DNA from: Dehalococcoidia bacterium
Lineage (GTDB): Bacteria; Chloroflexota; Dehalococcoidia; DSTF01; JACRBR01
Length of the DNA: 64,000 bases
Assembly (NCBI GenBank): GCA_041494685.1
Contig: JBGQBE010000005.1
Location: forward strand, 1 to 64,000
Reading direction: 5' to 3'
In this document: piece by piece, positions 18,843 to 30,510 of the stretch
How the letters are laid out: each line of letters starts with the position of its first letter
Numbering within the stretch: position 1 is the first letter of the stretch
Program-made: the position numbers and the translations under genes
Notes under the pieces: generated by a model
Databases searched by the model: none
What the model was told of the DNA's origin: nothing
Seen by the model: only the letters and a program-made list of their open reading frames with translations

Positions 18843-20408
18843 TCAGTCCATGAACCCCGTCTTCGGCCCAGGGGTGGCCGTCGGCGCCGCACCCGGCCCG
18901 AACGCCGCTGAAGGCATGGTCGCCGCGTGCGGCGCAAACTCCGGGTACGCCGGCATGCCGCGATTCACGACGAACTCCGGGTACCCGCTGGTGCCGTGCT
19001 CGTGCAAGTCGAGGCCCTGTCGCTCCCCGTCTGCGGAGACGCGCAACGTGCCCGTGAGCTTGACGGCGTACATCAGCACCATCGCGACGGCGAACACGGC
19101 CGCCGCCACGCTCAGCGTGCCATACGTCTGCACCCAGAGCAGGTGCGTGCCGCCGCCGTAGAACAGCCCGTCGACCGTGCTGCTCGCGTCGGCGCCCGTC
19201 GAGGTTGCGGCGCCGTACTTCGCCGCCGCGAACAGGCCGAGCGACATCGTGCCGGCGATGCCCGCAAACATGTGAACCGGCACCGCGCCGATCGGGTCGT
19301 CGATGCGCAGGTACTCCAGTACTTCGAGTCCGACGATCGCCGCGCCTGCGCCGATGATGCCGATGAAGAACGCGCCGATCGGATCCACCCAGTAACACGG
19401 GCAGGTAATCGCGACGAGTCCGGCCAGGAAGCCGTTCACGGTGAGCCCCAGGTCCCACTTGCCGCTGCGCGCGTAGGAGTAGAAGAGCGCCGTCAGACCC
19501 GCCGAGCACGCGGCGAGCGTGGTGTTGAACGAGACGCGGCCGATGCCCTGCGCGTCGAGTGCGGAGAGCGTGCTGCCGGGGTTGAACCCGTACCAGCCGA
19601 ACCAGAGGATCAGGCCGCCGACAGCGCCGAGGATGATGTTGTGCGGCGGCATCGGGCCGCCGCCGTCGCGCCTGAAGACGCGGCCCAGGCGCGGCCCGAG
19701 CGCGATGGCGCCAGCCAGCGAGATGGTGCCGCCGATCGTGTGGACGACGGTGGATCCGGCGAAGTCGTGGAAGCCCTTGACCACCAGCCAGCCGTCCGGG
19801 CCCCAGGCCCAGTGCCCGATGATCGGGTAGATGAACCCGGTGACGCCGATGCTGTAGAGGATGTCGCCGATGAAGCCGCAGCGGCCGACCATGGCGCCCG
19901 ACGTGATCGTGGACGCGGTGTCGGCGAAGGCGAACTGGAACACCCAGAACGCCAGCAGCGGCACGCCCGTCGAGCCGTAGGTGTCCGGCAGACCCTGCAG
20001 GAAGAATCCGTGCGTGCCGATGAACTTGTTGCCGTCCTCGAACATGAACGCGAAGCCGATCGCCCAGAACAGCACACCGCAGATGCACGTGTCGGCGATG
20101 CCTTCCACGAGGATGTTCACCGACTCGCGCTCACGCGCGAACCCCGCTTCGAGCATCACGAACCCGACCTGCATCCCGAAGACCAGGAACGCGGCGATCA
20201 GCGTCCACGACGTGTTGATCGCGTTGATCGAAGCCACCGGATCCGGCGAACTCGCGTCTTGCGCGTGCGCAACCGACGGCATCAGCGAGTGGATCAGGAA
20301 CAGCACGATCGCCAGGCCGATGAGCTTGCCCGCCATCAGCCACGCGATGTTGTGCCGCCTGACGGGGTCGCGGAAGTTTGTGCGGAGTCTGTCGAACGTG
20401 GATTCCAT
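18843..20408 (-). CDS. amtB: Ammonium transporter
   Basis: FQFAFA, DFAGSTVVH, LWFGWYGFNPGS, DDPIGAVPVH, GLD..EHG. Confidence 0.97.
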   Translation of the reverse strand: MESTFDRLRTNFRDPVRRHNIAWLMAGKLIGLAIVLFLIHSLMPSVAHAQDASSPDPVASINAINTSWTLIAAFLVFGMQVGFVMLEAGFARERESVNILVEGIADTCICGVLFWAIGFAFMFEDGNKFIGTHGFFLQGLPDTYGSTGVPLLAFWVFQFAFADTASTITSGAMVGRCGFIGDILYSIGVTGFIYPIIGHWAWGPDGWLVVKGFHDFAGSTVVHTIGGTISLAGAIALGPRLGRVFRRDGGGPMPPHNIILGAVGGLILWFGWYGFNPGSTLSALDAQGIGRVSFNTTLAACSAGLTALFYSYARSGKWDLGLTVNGFLAGLVAITCPCYWVDPIGAFFIGIIGAGAAIVGLEVLEYLRIDDPIGAVPVHMFAGIAGTMSLGLFAAAKYGAATSTGADASSTVDGLFYGGGTHLLWVQTYGTLSVAAAVFAVAMVLMYAVKLTGTLRVSADGERQGLDLHEHGTSGYPEFVVNRGMPAYPEFAPHAATMPSAAFGPGAAPTATPGPKTGFMD

Positions 20409-20496
20409 ATCGCCTCCTCATGCTCCAGTACGGCCGTCGACCGCGATTGAGGTATCACCCCCTTACGCGGTCGATGCCGCATCTTCGCGGAGGCGC

Positions 20497-20556
20497 GTTT
20501 CCTGCAGGTGTCCGGGACGTGAACAGCCCGTGTCGCGGAGGTTTCGGGGATGTTTC
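20497..20556 (-). promoter_or_regulatory. Six phased 11-bp direct repeats (GlnR/OmpR-type boxes) upstream of amtB
   Basis: Minus strand GAAAC-n6-GAAAC-n6-GACAC-n6-TTCAC-n6-GACAC-n6-GAAAC; pentamers start at + coordinates 20497, 20508, 20519, 20530, 20541, 20552. Confidence 0.75.
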
Positions 20557-20608
20557 GTGACGCGGCCGGGGAAGCCGTCCGGAGTCGAGTCTCAGGACCG
20601 AAGGCGTA

Positions 20609-21166
20609 CTACGCGCGGACGGCGTCCGCGAACTCGCGCAGGGATCGCACGAGCGTGAGGTTCGGCGGCAGCGGCGCGTCGCCGTGCGCGCCGGCATGGT
20701 CGTAGAGGTAGACGCTCGTGACGCCGGTCCGCGCCAGATGGTAGGCCGTGCGCGGGTCGTCGTCGATGTGCGCGTCGATGCCGAGCAGCCGCGCCGTCGC
20801 CAGCTTGTGCTGCGCCGGGCGCAGGCCCGCCGGCGCCATGCGGATGCCGGCAACGCGGCCGTCCAGCCCGTGGCGGCGCAGCCAGCGCCGCAGCAGCGGC
20901 TCGCCCGCGACGCTGCGCCCGGTGACGATGTAGATCTCGTTTCCCGCGGCGACGGCGCGCACGGTCTCGGCGGCGTCGGGCGCCATGCGCCGCCAGCCGA
21001 AGCGCGCGTACTCCACGAGGAGGCGCAGGGGGCTGGGCTGCCGCGGCGCGTCGTAGAGAGCCGCGTAGTCCGGCGGCAGATCGGGCACGGGTTTCGGCGC
21101 GTGGACGGCCAGCCGGCCGAACGGCGTCTCGCAGAGCACACCGTCGAAGTCGAATCCGATGCGCAT
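20609..21166 (-). CDS. HAD-superfamily (5'-nucleotidase-like) protein
   Basis: IGFDFDGVL, IVTGRS, K, HIDD motifs. Confidence 0.75.
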   Translation of the reverse strand: MRIGFDFDGVLCETPFGRLAVHAPKPVPDLPPDYAALYDAPRQPSPLRLLVEYARFGWRRMAPDAAETVRAVAAGNEIYIVTGRSVAGEPLLRRWLRRHGLDGRVAGIRMAPAGLRPAQHKLATARLLGIDAHIDDDPRTAYHLARTGVTSVYLYDHAGAHGDAPLPPNLTLVRSLREFADAVRA

Positions 21167-21690
21167 CAGCCGCCCATCGCGCGCGCCAACGCCATCGCGT
21201 TCGCGGCGACCAGGCGGACGCGCGCCGAGAGCGCCTCATCCGGCGCGCCGTCCGTGAACTGCGCGTCGGTCGCGTAGACGCCGGCGATCGGCACGCCCTC
21301 GAGGCTCGTGAAGAGCGGGCGCATGCCGTACTCGATGGCGAGGAAGTGCGCCGGCGAGGCGCCGGTCTGCACGGGCACGCAGATCTTGCCCGCCAGGTGC
21401 GCGGGCGGCATCAGGTCGAAGAACGCCTTCATGACGCCGGTGTAGAGCGCGCGGTACGTCGGAGAAGCCGCGATCACGATGTGCGCCGCGCCCACCGCCG
21501 CGACCGCCGCGTCCAGTTCGGGCGCGGACGCGCGGGCGACCAGCGCCTCGGCCGGCAGATCCGCCACGTCCACCATCTGGACCGCGTAGCCGGCGCGCTC
21601 CAGGTCGGCGAGCATCATCGCCGCGAGCGATTTCGACTTCGACGGCGAGCGGGGGCTGCCGGACACGGCGACGGCGCGCAGATCAGCCAT
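21166..21690 (-). CDS. NAD(P)H-dependent FMN reductase (SsuE/MsuE-like)
   Basis: SGSPRSPSKS, ASPTYRALYTGVMKAFFD. Confidence 0.9.
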   Translation of the reverse strand: MADLRAVAVSGSPRSPSKSKSLAAMMLADLERAGYAVQMVDVADLPAEALVARASAPELDAAVAAVGAAHIVIAASPTYRALYTGVMKAFFDLMPPAHLAGKICVPVQTGASPAHFLAIEYGMRPLFTSLEGVPIAGVYATDAQFTDGAPDEALSARVRLVAANAMALARAMGG

Positions 21691-21691
21691 G

Positions 21692-22780
21692 TTACGCGCG
21701 CGCCAGTTCGCGCGGCGCAGCGGGCACGCTGGCCACACCACGGAAGTGCGGCATCACGTACTGGCCGAAGCGCTGCGCCTCCTCCAGGTGCGGATAGCCG
21801 GAAAAGATGAACGTGTCGATGCCCTCGGCCATATACTCGCGGAGCCGGGCCGCCACGCTGTCGCCGGAGCCGACGAGCGCCGTGCCGACGCCGAGCCGCG
21901 CGCGGCCGATGCCGGCCCAGAGGTTCGGGCCCAGCCACTCGTCGGGCTGCGACGCGAGTTGGCGCTGGCGGCGCTCGCCCTCCGAGTCGGTGCCAGCGAG
22001 GTGCTTCTGCATCATCTTCTCGAAGTCCTGCGGGATCGCCGCGATCAGCCCTTCCGCGGCGGCGTGCGCCTCGTCGTCGGTCTCGCGCACGCAGACCATG
22101 ATGCGCATGCCGAAGCGGAGGGTACGGCCCAGCTCCGCCGCGCGCCGCCGCATGTCGGCGATGCGCTCGCGCACCATGGGGACGGTCTCGCCCCAGAGCA
22201 GGTATACGTCGGACTCTTCCGCGCCAACCTTCTGCGCCGCCTCCGACGCGCCGCCGAAATAGAACGGCGGGTGCGGCTGCTGGTACGGTCGCGGGAACAC
22301 GTTCCCGTTCTCCACGCGGTAGTATCGGCCCTCGTGGCTCCATCGCCGCGGCTCCGTCCAGGCGCGCCGCACGACCTGCATGAACTCCTGCGTGCGCACG
22401 TAGCGCTCGTCGTGCTCCGTGAAGTCGCCGTCGGCCGCGAGCTCGGCCGGGAAGCCGCCCGTGACGATGTTGATCAGCACGCGGCCGCGTGTCAGCTGGT
22501 CGAGCGTATTCGACATCTTCGCGGCGACGGTAGGCGCGACAAAACCGGGACGCATCGCGACGAGGAACTTCAGCTTCTCGGTGCGCGCCGCGACCACGGC
22601 CGAGGCCAGCCACGCATCCTCACAGGTGGTGCCGACAGGCACGAGCGCGAACACGAAGCCCGCATCCTCGGCGGCGCGCGCCACGCTGACGAGGTAGTCG
22701 GCACTCGCCTCACGCGTGGGCGGCCCGATGACCTCCGTATCGCCCATCGTGGGCAGGAACCAGCCGAAATCGATGCTCAT
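21692..22780 (-). CDS. LLM-class flavin-dependent monooxygenase (SsuD/MsuD-like)
   Basis: WFLPTMGD, CEDAW, FLVAMRPG, FGGAS, TALVGS, SGYPHLEEA. Confidence 0.9.
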   Translation of the reverse strand: MSIDFGWFLPTMGDTEVIGPPTREASADYLVSVARAAEDAGFVFALVPVGTTCEDAWLASAVVAARTEKLKFLVAMRPGFVAPTVAAKMSNTLDQLTRGRVLINIVTGGFPAELAADGDFTEHDERYVRTQEFMQVVRRAWTEPRRWSHEGRYYRVENGNVFPRPYQQPHPPFYFGGASEAAQKVGAEESDVYLLWGETVPMVRERIADMRRRAAELGRTLRFGMRIMVCVRETDDEAHAAAEGLIAAIPQDFEKMMQKHLAGTDSEGERRQRQLASQPDEWLGPNLWAGIGRARLGVGTALVGSGDSVAARLREYMAEGIDTFIFSGYPHLEEAQRFGQYVMPHFRGVASVPAAPRELARA

Positions 22781-23012
22781 GGCGACGCTCCGTCACTGGC
22801 CGGGACAGCGAGGTATGCCCGTGGAGTATAGGCGGGCCGGAGTGGCGGTTCAATTCGCCTGGCGGGCATCCCGGACGGCGCGGAGCTTGCGCGCGAGGTC
22901 GCCGGGCGCAGCGTCCCCTGCGTGTGGTCGCCCCTGCCGTCCTTGACACACGCCCGCACCGTCGCGACGCGTCATCTGGCCGTAATCTGAGCGCGCTATA
23001 CTTCCGTGATTC

Positions 23013-23699
23013 GTGAGGGAAGCGAGCTTGATCTTGAGCACCGTCCTGATCGTCGATGCCTCGGAGGAGATGCGGCCGCTGGCGGCCGCGCTGGAGGAGT
23101 CCGGCCTCGCCGTCACGTACGCGCCGATGGCGCGCGTGCTGGACGATGCGCGAGACGCGACGCCTGCCGTCTTCATGTTCAACCTGCTGGCCCGCCCGGA
23201 CACCCATGCGATCCGCAACCTGCTGCGCTCCGCCGACATGCCGCACGGCGTCGCGGCGCTCGCGGTGATCCGCAGCGACCAGCTCCCGTCCCTCGACTTC
23301 ACGATCGGCTTCGACGATTTCATCGTCTACCCGGCGCTCACCGAAGAAGTGGCGGCGCGGGTGCGCCGCGCGATCTGGCTCAAGTCCGGCGTCGAGAGCG
23401 ACAACACGCTGCGCGCCGGCGACCTGCACATTGACCTCGCAAACTACAAGGCCTTCGTCGCGGGCCGTCCCATCGACCTGACGTACAAGGAGTACGAGCT
23501 GCTCCGCTTCCTGGCGACGAACCGCGACAAGGTCTTCACGCGCGAGGCGCTGCTGAACCGCGTCTGGGGCTACGACTTCTACGGCGGCGCGCGCACGGTG
23601 GACGTCCACGTGCGGCGCCTCCGGAGCAAGATCGAAGACCGCACCCACACGTTCATCGAAACGGTGCGCAACGTCGGCTACCGCTTCCACCTGGCGTAG
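23013..23699 (+). CDS. OmpR-family regulator, GlnR-like, atypical receiver
   Basis: wHTH LTYKEYELL...VWGYDFYGGARTVDVHVRRLR resembles actinobacterial GlnR; no adjacent kinase; start may be a TTG ~15-21 nt downstream. Confidence 0.85.
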   Translation: MREASLILSTVLIVDASEEMRPLAAALEESGLAVTYAPMARVLDDARDATPAVFMFNLLARPDTHAIRNLLRSADMPHGVAALAVIRSDQLPSLDFTIGFDDFIVYPALTEEVAARVRRAIWLKSGVESDNTLRAGDLHIDLANYKAFVAGRPIDLTYKEYELLRFLATNRDKVFTREALLNRVWGYDFYGGARTVDVHVRRLRSKIEDRTHTFIETVRNVGYRFHLA

Positions 23700-23770
23700 C
23701 AACGTCTCCGTCGTTCCTTCTCGCGAAAGGGTCCGCTCTGCCACGGGCGGGCATCCGCTATCGTTTGTGC

Positions 23771-24463
23771 GTGAGCCAGCCGACTGACGAGCAACGGGTG
23801 TCGCGACGCCTGCGCCTCCAGCGCCGCATCGAGCGCTTCCTCGACGCGTACATGGAAGACGATCTTGCCGCGACGGCCGACGTAGTGGTCGCGTCCGAAC
23901 ACCAGCGCCTCGCGCTCCTGGGCATCGCGGCGGCCGTCGTCGGCATGACAGCGGCGCTGGTAATCGCCTACACCGTCGGCGGCGTGCGGCTGGTGAAGAG
24001 CCTCGGCTACTTCGGCGTCTTCCTCTCCGCGATCATCGGTTCCGCGTCGATGTTCGTGCCGGTGCCCGGCGCGCTGGCGGGCATCACGTTCGGCCTGTTC
24101 CTCACGCCCATCCCGTACATCCCCCAGCCGATCACCATCGCCGTGGTGGTGGCGGCCGGTTCGGCGATCGGCGAACTGACCGGCTATTCCACGGGCGTCG
24201 GCGGCCGCGCGGTCATCGGCAACAGCCGCATCGGTCGGCTGCTCGTGACGCTGATGCGCCGCCACGGGACGTTGACGGTCTTCTGCGTGGCGGCCGTGCC
24301 GAATCCGCTGATCGACGTCGGCGGCATCGCCGCGGGCGTCGCCGGCATGTCGATGCGCCGCTTCATGACGGTGATGTTCCTCGGCAAGTGCGTGAACTAC
24401 GTCGCCGTCGCGTACCTCGTCAGCAGCGGCATCGAGAGCCTGCAACAGTTCGCCGGCGCCTGA
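23771..24463 (+). CDS. VTT/DedA (SNARE-associated) membrane protein
   Basis: FVPVPG, GSAIGELTGY..G.GG, VPNPLIDVGGIAAG, FLGK. Confidence 0.85.
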   Translation: MSQPTDEQRVSRRLRLQRRIERFLDAYMEDDLAATADVVVASEHQRLALLGIAAAVVGMTAALVIAYTVGGVRLVKSLGYFGVFLSAIIGSASMFVPVPGALAGITFGLFLTPIPYIPQPITIAVVVAAGSAIGELTGYSTGVGGRAVIGNSRIGRLLVTLMRRHGTLTVFCVAAVPNPLIDVGGIAAGVAGMSMRRFMTVMFLGKCVNYVAVAYLVSSGIESLQQFAGA

Positions 24464-24466
24464 CCG

Positions 24467-26059
24467 CTACGGCGCCGTCGCGCTCCGGCGCGCGCTCATG
24501 CGGTCCATGATGTTCTTCGTGACGCGGCGCAGACGGTCGTCGGCGAAGGCGCCGCGCTCTTCATGCCCGAAGTCATCCAACCCCCATGCCCATGCGACGG
24601 TCCCCGCCGCGAACACCTCCGCGCCCGACGGCGCGGTGTACAGCGCCGAGGCAGCCGTGTCGCTGCCGAGGAATCCGTTGACCGGCGAGCTGCCGACCAC
24701 CACAAGCCCCGGCGGGCGCTCGGCGGGCGCCGCGATATGGTCGTACTCGTATCCGACGATGCCCGGGAACGACTGTCCGTCCACGATGCCGCTGCCCGCG
24801 AAGATCCAGGTGTCGAGGTTGGCGGGGCGCCACGCCATGTAGTCCGGCTGCGTGTTCGAACCGTACGCCAGGCCGGAGAGCTGGCTCTGCGGGCGGCTGA
24901 CCGGCGGATCGGCGAACAGCACCGTCGCTTCCTTCGGGTTGCTGCGCGCGAGCGGGTCGAGTGCGGCGTCCTTGTACTCCGTCAGGATGCGGCCCGGCGT
25001 GCCGGCCGGCGAGGCATCGAGCCGCGCCTGCCAGTACGCCTCGTTGCCGCCGAAGAAGGCAATGTTCGTGCCCGCGTCGCGCGCCGCCTCGAAGGCGTCG
25101 CGTTGCTGCTTGGTCCAGTACTCGTCATGGCCCAGCGAGATCACCATACGGTGCCGCTGCAACGTGTCGCCGCGCAGCGAGACGTCGACGCTCGTGGTGT
25201 ACGTCATGTCGTAGCCCTGCGACTCCGCCCACCGGACGAAGTTGTACTCCCACGAGAAGAACTCGCCCGCGCCGTCGTTCCGTTCGTCACGCATCATCGG
25301 GTCGTACGGCCGGTCATACGACACGCGGTAGGCGCGCCGCGTCTTGGCGACGTACTTGCGGTTCGCGCCAAACGAGCCGTAGAAGCTCGCGTCGCCCCAC
25401 GTGTTGTAGGCCTGCCACGTGTTGGTGGACGCCTGCACCACGATCGCCGCGTGCGACGCGTCGTCGCGGACGATGAAGATGACGTAGGTCGCCGTATCGG
25501 TCTTCCGCTCGTGCAATCTGACCAGGTAGTAGCCACTTGCCCAGTCGGAGGGGATCTTGACCTGCAGGCTGCGCTTCCAGTTCGCCTGGACCAGCAGCGT
25601 CGCGGGGTCCACCTTGCAGGTCTTGCAGTCCTGGAGGCCGTGCAACGGGTCCCACCGGCCCTGGTCGTCGCCGTCGACGTTCTTGATCGAGCGGACGTTA
25701 CGCGCGCCGGCGCCGCCGTACCAGCCCATGCGGTAGACGTCGGCGTCGAACTTCGCGCCAGCGGCCTTCGTGCTGACATAAACGTCCAGCGTCTCGCCCG
25801 GCTGCACGCTGACCTGCCCGGCGTACGCCTCGATCTCACCGTTCAGTGACGGCCGGTCGATCCGCCAGTCCGCGTCGCCCGGTTTCGCGTTCTCGTCCGC
25901 GATGGCGTGCGCATTCCGCGCGATGGCTGTCGCCGTGGCCGCCGCGCCGGGGCCGCCGCTACCACCGACCTCAGCGCGCCCAATCAACACGGCGATGACG
26001 CCGATCAGCACGGCGATCGTTGCGATCCCGATGACCTTAGGGCGCGAAGGTTTCGTCAC
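24467..26059 (-). CDS. N,N-dimethylformamidase beta-subunit-like (DUF6605-type) exported protein
   Basis: ENAKPG, YRMGWYGG.GAR, TWQAYNTWG, VSYDRPY, GHDEYW, VGYEYD, VFAAGT..W; N-terminal TM; GTG start after AGGAAGGAG. Confidence 0.8.
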   Translation of the reverse strand: MTKPSRPKVIGIATIAVLIGVIAVLIGRAEVGGSGGPGAAATATAIARNAHAIADENAKPGDADWRIDRPSLNGEIEAYAGQVSVQPGETLDVYVSTKAAGAKFDADVYRMGWYGGAGARNVRSIKNVDGDDQGRWDPLHGLQDCKTCKVDPATLLVQANWKRSLQVKIPSDWASGYYLVRLHERKTDTATYVIFIVRDDASHAAIVVQASTNTWQAYNTWGDASFYGSFGANRKYVAKTRRAYRVSYDRPYDPMMRDERNDGAGEFFSWEYNFVRWAESQGYDMTYTTSVDVSLRGDTLQRHRMVISLGHDEYWTKQQRDAFEAARDAGTNIAFFGGNEAYWQARLDASPAGTPGRILTEYKDAALDPLARSNPKEATVLFADPPVSRPQSQLSGLAYGSNTQPDYMAWRPANLDTWIFAGSGIVDGQSFPGIVGYEYDHIAAPAERPPGLVVVGSSPVNGFLGSDTAASALYTAPSGAEVFAAGTVAWAWGLDDFGHEERGAFADDRLRRVTKNIMDRMSARRSATAP

Positions 26060-26325
26060 GCGAGGCGGGGCTCCTTCCTGCGGTGGGTACGTCGCCGCCG
26101 TTGTAGCAGATGGCGCGCGCCGCGGCGAACGCGCCCGGCCGCGGGGCAACGGCGCATCCACCCGGGAGCCAGCCCAAATCACCCGATCCGGCATCGCGAT
26201 CGGGCCCGGATCCGGCGCTTCGAAGGGCCGTCCGGAAGGCCGTATTGTGCTACAATTAGCCGTAATGCGGGAGCAGCCGAGACCGACGTTTTCGACGCAT
26301 GAGCACGAGCCCCTTCGATCTTTGA

Positions 26326-28317
<1,992 letters not shown>

Positions 28318-28441
28318 CGGCTGGCTGTCCGCTTCCGACTCCCCCAGGTCTCCATCGCGAACCCTCGCGCGGCCTGCGGCCCGACAAACGACGCCCGCGC
28401 GATGATCGCGCGGGCGTCCCGCATGAAGGCGATCCGATCTG

Positions 28442-28897
28442 TCAGGCCGGACGCGGCCGTTCCGGCTGGCGCGGTCCGGCGTCCCGGAGATCGGCGGTGT
28501 TGCCCTCGCCGTGGCCGTCGCTCATCAGGATCAGCGCCACGACGGCGGCCGCGAGCAGCATGCTTACGAGCGCGCCGCCAGGGTGCATGCCAAAGCGCAG
28601 CGACGCCCCCAGCACGGACAGTACCTCGAACGCCAGCGCCCCGGCGCGCGCCCACGTCCAGCCGCGGATGACGCCGACCGCCAGCACAACGACGACGGCC
28701 GCGACCAGTACGACGAACAGGCCCGCACCCGCACGATGCCTCGCCGCGAGGTGCGCCACCGTCCAGTGGTGGACGCGTAGCCGGTGCGCGGAGGCGAACA
28801 GCAGGAGCGCGACGAGCGCCCCGATCGCCGCCTGGAACCCCAGCAAGATCCCGGCGGCGATCGCCAGCGTGCGGTTCGACGTTCGATTCAGGTTCAT
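28442..28897 (-). CDS. Hypothetical 4-TM membrane protein
   Basis: Four hydrophobic segments, G.TWAR motif; AGGAGAG SD. Confidence 0.6.
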   Translation of the reverse strand: MNLNRTSNRTLAIAAGILLGFQAAIGALVALLLFASAHRLRVHHWTVAHLAARHRAGAGLFVVLVAAVVVVLAVGVIRGWTWARAGALAFEVLSVLGASLRFGMHPGGALVSMLLAAAVVALILMSDGHGEGNTADLRDAGPRQPERPRPA

Positions 28898-29049
28898 GGC
28901 GCATCTCTCCTGTCGCTACATCCAAGTAAACGCCAGGCCGGGGTACAAATGTGTTACGGCTCTGCAAACTCTGCGACAATTTCGCCGCGCACGCCCGCGT
29001 TCGCTAGACTGCACACCACACACCCGTGCCGCCACGAGGATCCGCCCCC

Positions 29050-30411
29050 ATGACACCGTCCCCACGTCTCTGTGCGCTGCTCGCCGCGGCCCTGCTGCTC
29101 GGCGCCGCGTGCAGCGGCGGCAAGGGCGGTGCCAAGTCCGGCGCAGGGGCCGCCGCCACGCAGACCGACGTAACGGCTGCGCGCGACTGGGCGACGCCCG
29201 TCACGCTGCCCGTCACGCCCGCTACGCCAGCGTGGCACACCGTGAATCCGCAACTCGACGCGCTCCCGGGCGCGCACTCCATCGTCGGCACCTACAGCGG
29301 CGGCGCCTACGAGATCGAGGTACCGGACGCCTGGGACGGCGACGTCGTCTACTTCGCCCACGGATTCCGCGGCGGGGTGCTCGACCTCACGGTCAGCCAG
29401 CCGCCGCTTCGCCAGTACCTCATCGACCACGGCTACGCGTGGGCGGCGTCCAGCTACAGCGCCAACGGCTACGCGCCGGGCGTCGGCGCGGCCGATACGT
29501 ACGCGCTGCGCGATGTCTTCACACAGAAGGTGGGCGCGCCGAAGCACAGCTACCTCTACGGACAGTCGATGGGCGGCAACGTCGCCACCGTGTCACTGGA
29601 GCGCTACCCGACGGCATACGACGGCGCGCTGACGGAATGCGGCTCCCTGAGCGGCCAGGGCATCGTCGACTACTTCCTGAGCTGGGGGGCGCTCGCGGGC
29701 TACTTCAGCGACACGGAGATCGCCGGCGTCACGTCGGACGCGGGCGCGCTGGGACAGGTGCTACGCAACAAGGTCGGGCCGGTGCTCGGCACGCCGAAGA
29801 ACCTGACGGACAAAGGAAAGGCCTTCGCAAGCGCGATCGAAAACATGACCGGCGGCCCGCGCCCGTTCTTCAACGAGGGCTTCGGCGCGAACTACATCCT
29901 GAACTTCCTGATACTCGTGCAGGCCGTCGCGGCGCCCGGCGCGGCCAACGCCGTGGCGCAGAACGCTGACACGCAATACGCCGTCGCGCCCGGCCTCGGT
30001 ATCGACAACGCCGCGCTGAACGGCAAGGTCGAGCGCGTGCGGGCGAACCCCGTCTATCAGGACCAGACGAAGTACCCCGAGTTCGGCGCACCGACGGGCA
30101 AAATCCAGCGGCCGATACTGACGCTGCACGGCACGGGCGACCTCTTCGTGCCGATGAGCATGGAGCAGATCTACCGCCGCGCCGTCGATGCTGCCGGCGC
30201 GGGCGACCTGCTGGTGCAGCGCGCGATCCGCCGTCCCGGCCACTGCGCCTTCACGAACGAGGAGCGCGTCAGCGCGTTCGAAGATCTTGTCGCGTGGGTG
30301 ACGCAGGGCAAGAAGCCCGCGGGCGAGGACATCACCGGCGACCTGACGGACGCCGGCCGCGCGTTCACGAACCCCCTGCTCGCCGACGATCCCGGCGGCG
30401 TCGCGCCGTAA
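29050..30411 (+). CDS. Alpha/beta-hydrolase lipoprotein (tannase/feruloyl esterase-like)
   Basis: Lipobox GAAC, nucleophile GQSMGG, HGTGDLFV, GHC. Confidence 0.82.
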   Translation: MTPSPRLCALLAAALLLGAACSGGKGGAKSGAGAAATQTDVTAARDWATPVTLPVTPATPAWHTVNPQLDALPGAHSIVGTYSGGAYEIEVPDAWDGDVVYFAHGFRGGVLDLTVSQPPLRQYLIDHGYAWAASSYSANGYAPGVGAADTYALRDVFTQKVGAPKHSYLYGQSMGGNVATVSLERYPTAYDGALTECGSLSGQGIVDYFLSWGALAGYFSDTEIAGVTSDAGALGQVLRNKVGPVLGTPKNLTDKGKAFASAIENMTGGPRPFFNEGFGANYILNFLILVQAVAAPGAANAVAQNADTQYAVAPGLGIDNAALNGKVERVRANPVYQDQTKYPEFGAPTGKIQRPILTLHGTGDLFVPMSMEQIYRRAVDAAGAGDLLVQRAIRRPGHCAFTNEERVSAFEDLVAWVTQGKKPAGEDITGDLTDAGRAFTNPLLADDPGGVAP

Positions 30412-30510
30412 CGCTTGCGAACCTGGCCCGCGAATCGCGAAGCGCGTGGCACAGACGTCCTCGCCTGTGCGTCGGGCGCAGGTAGACCGCCGCGATCCAG
30501 AAGGACTCTG

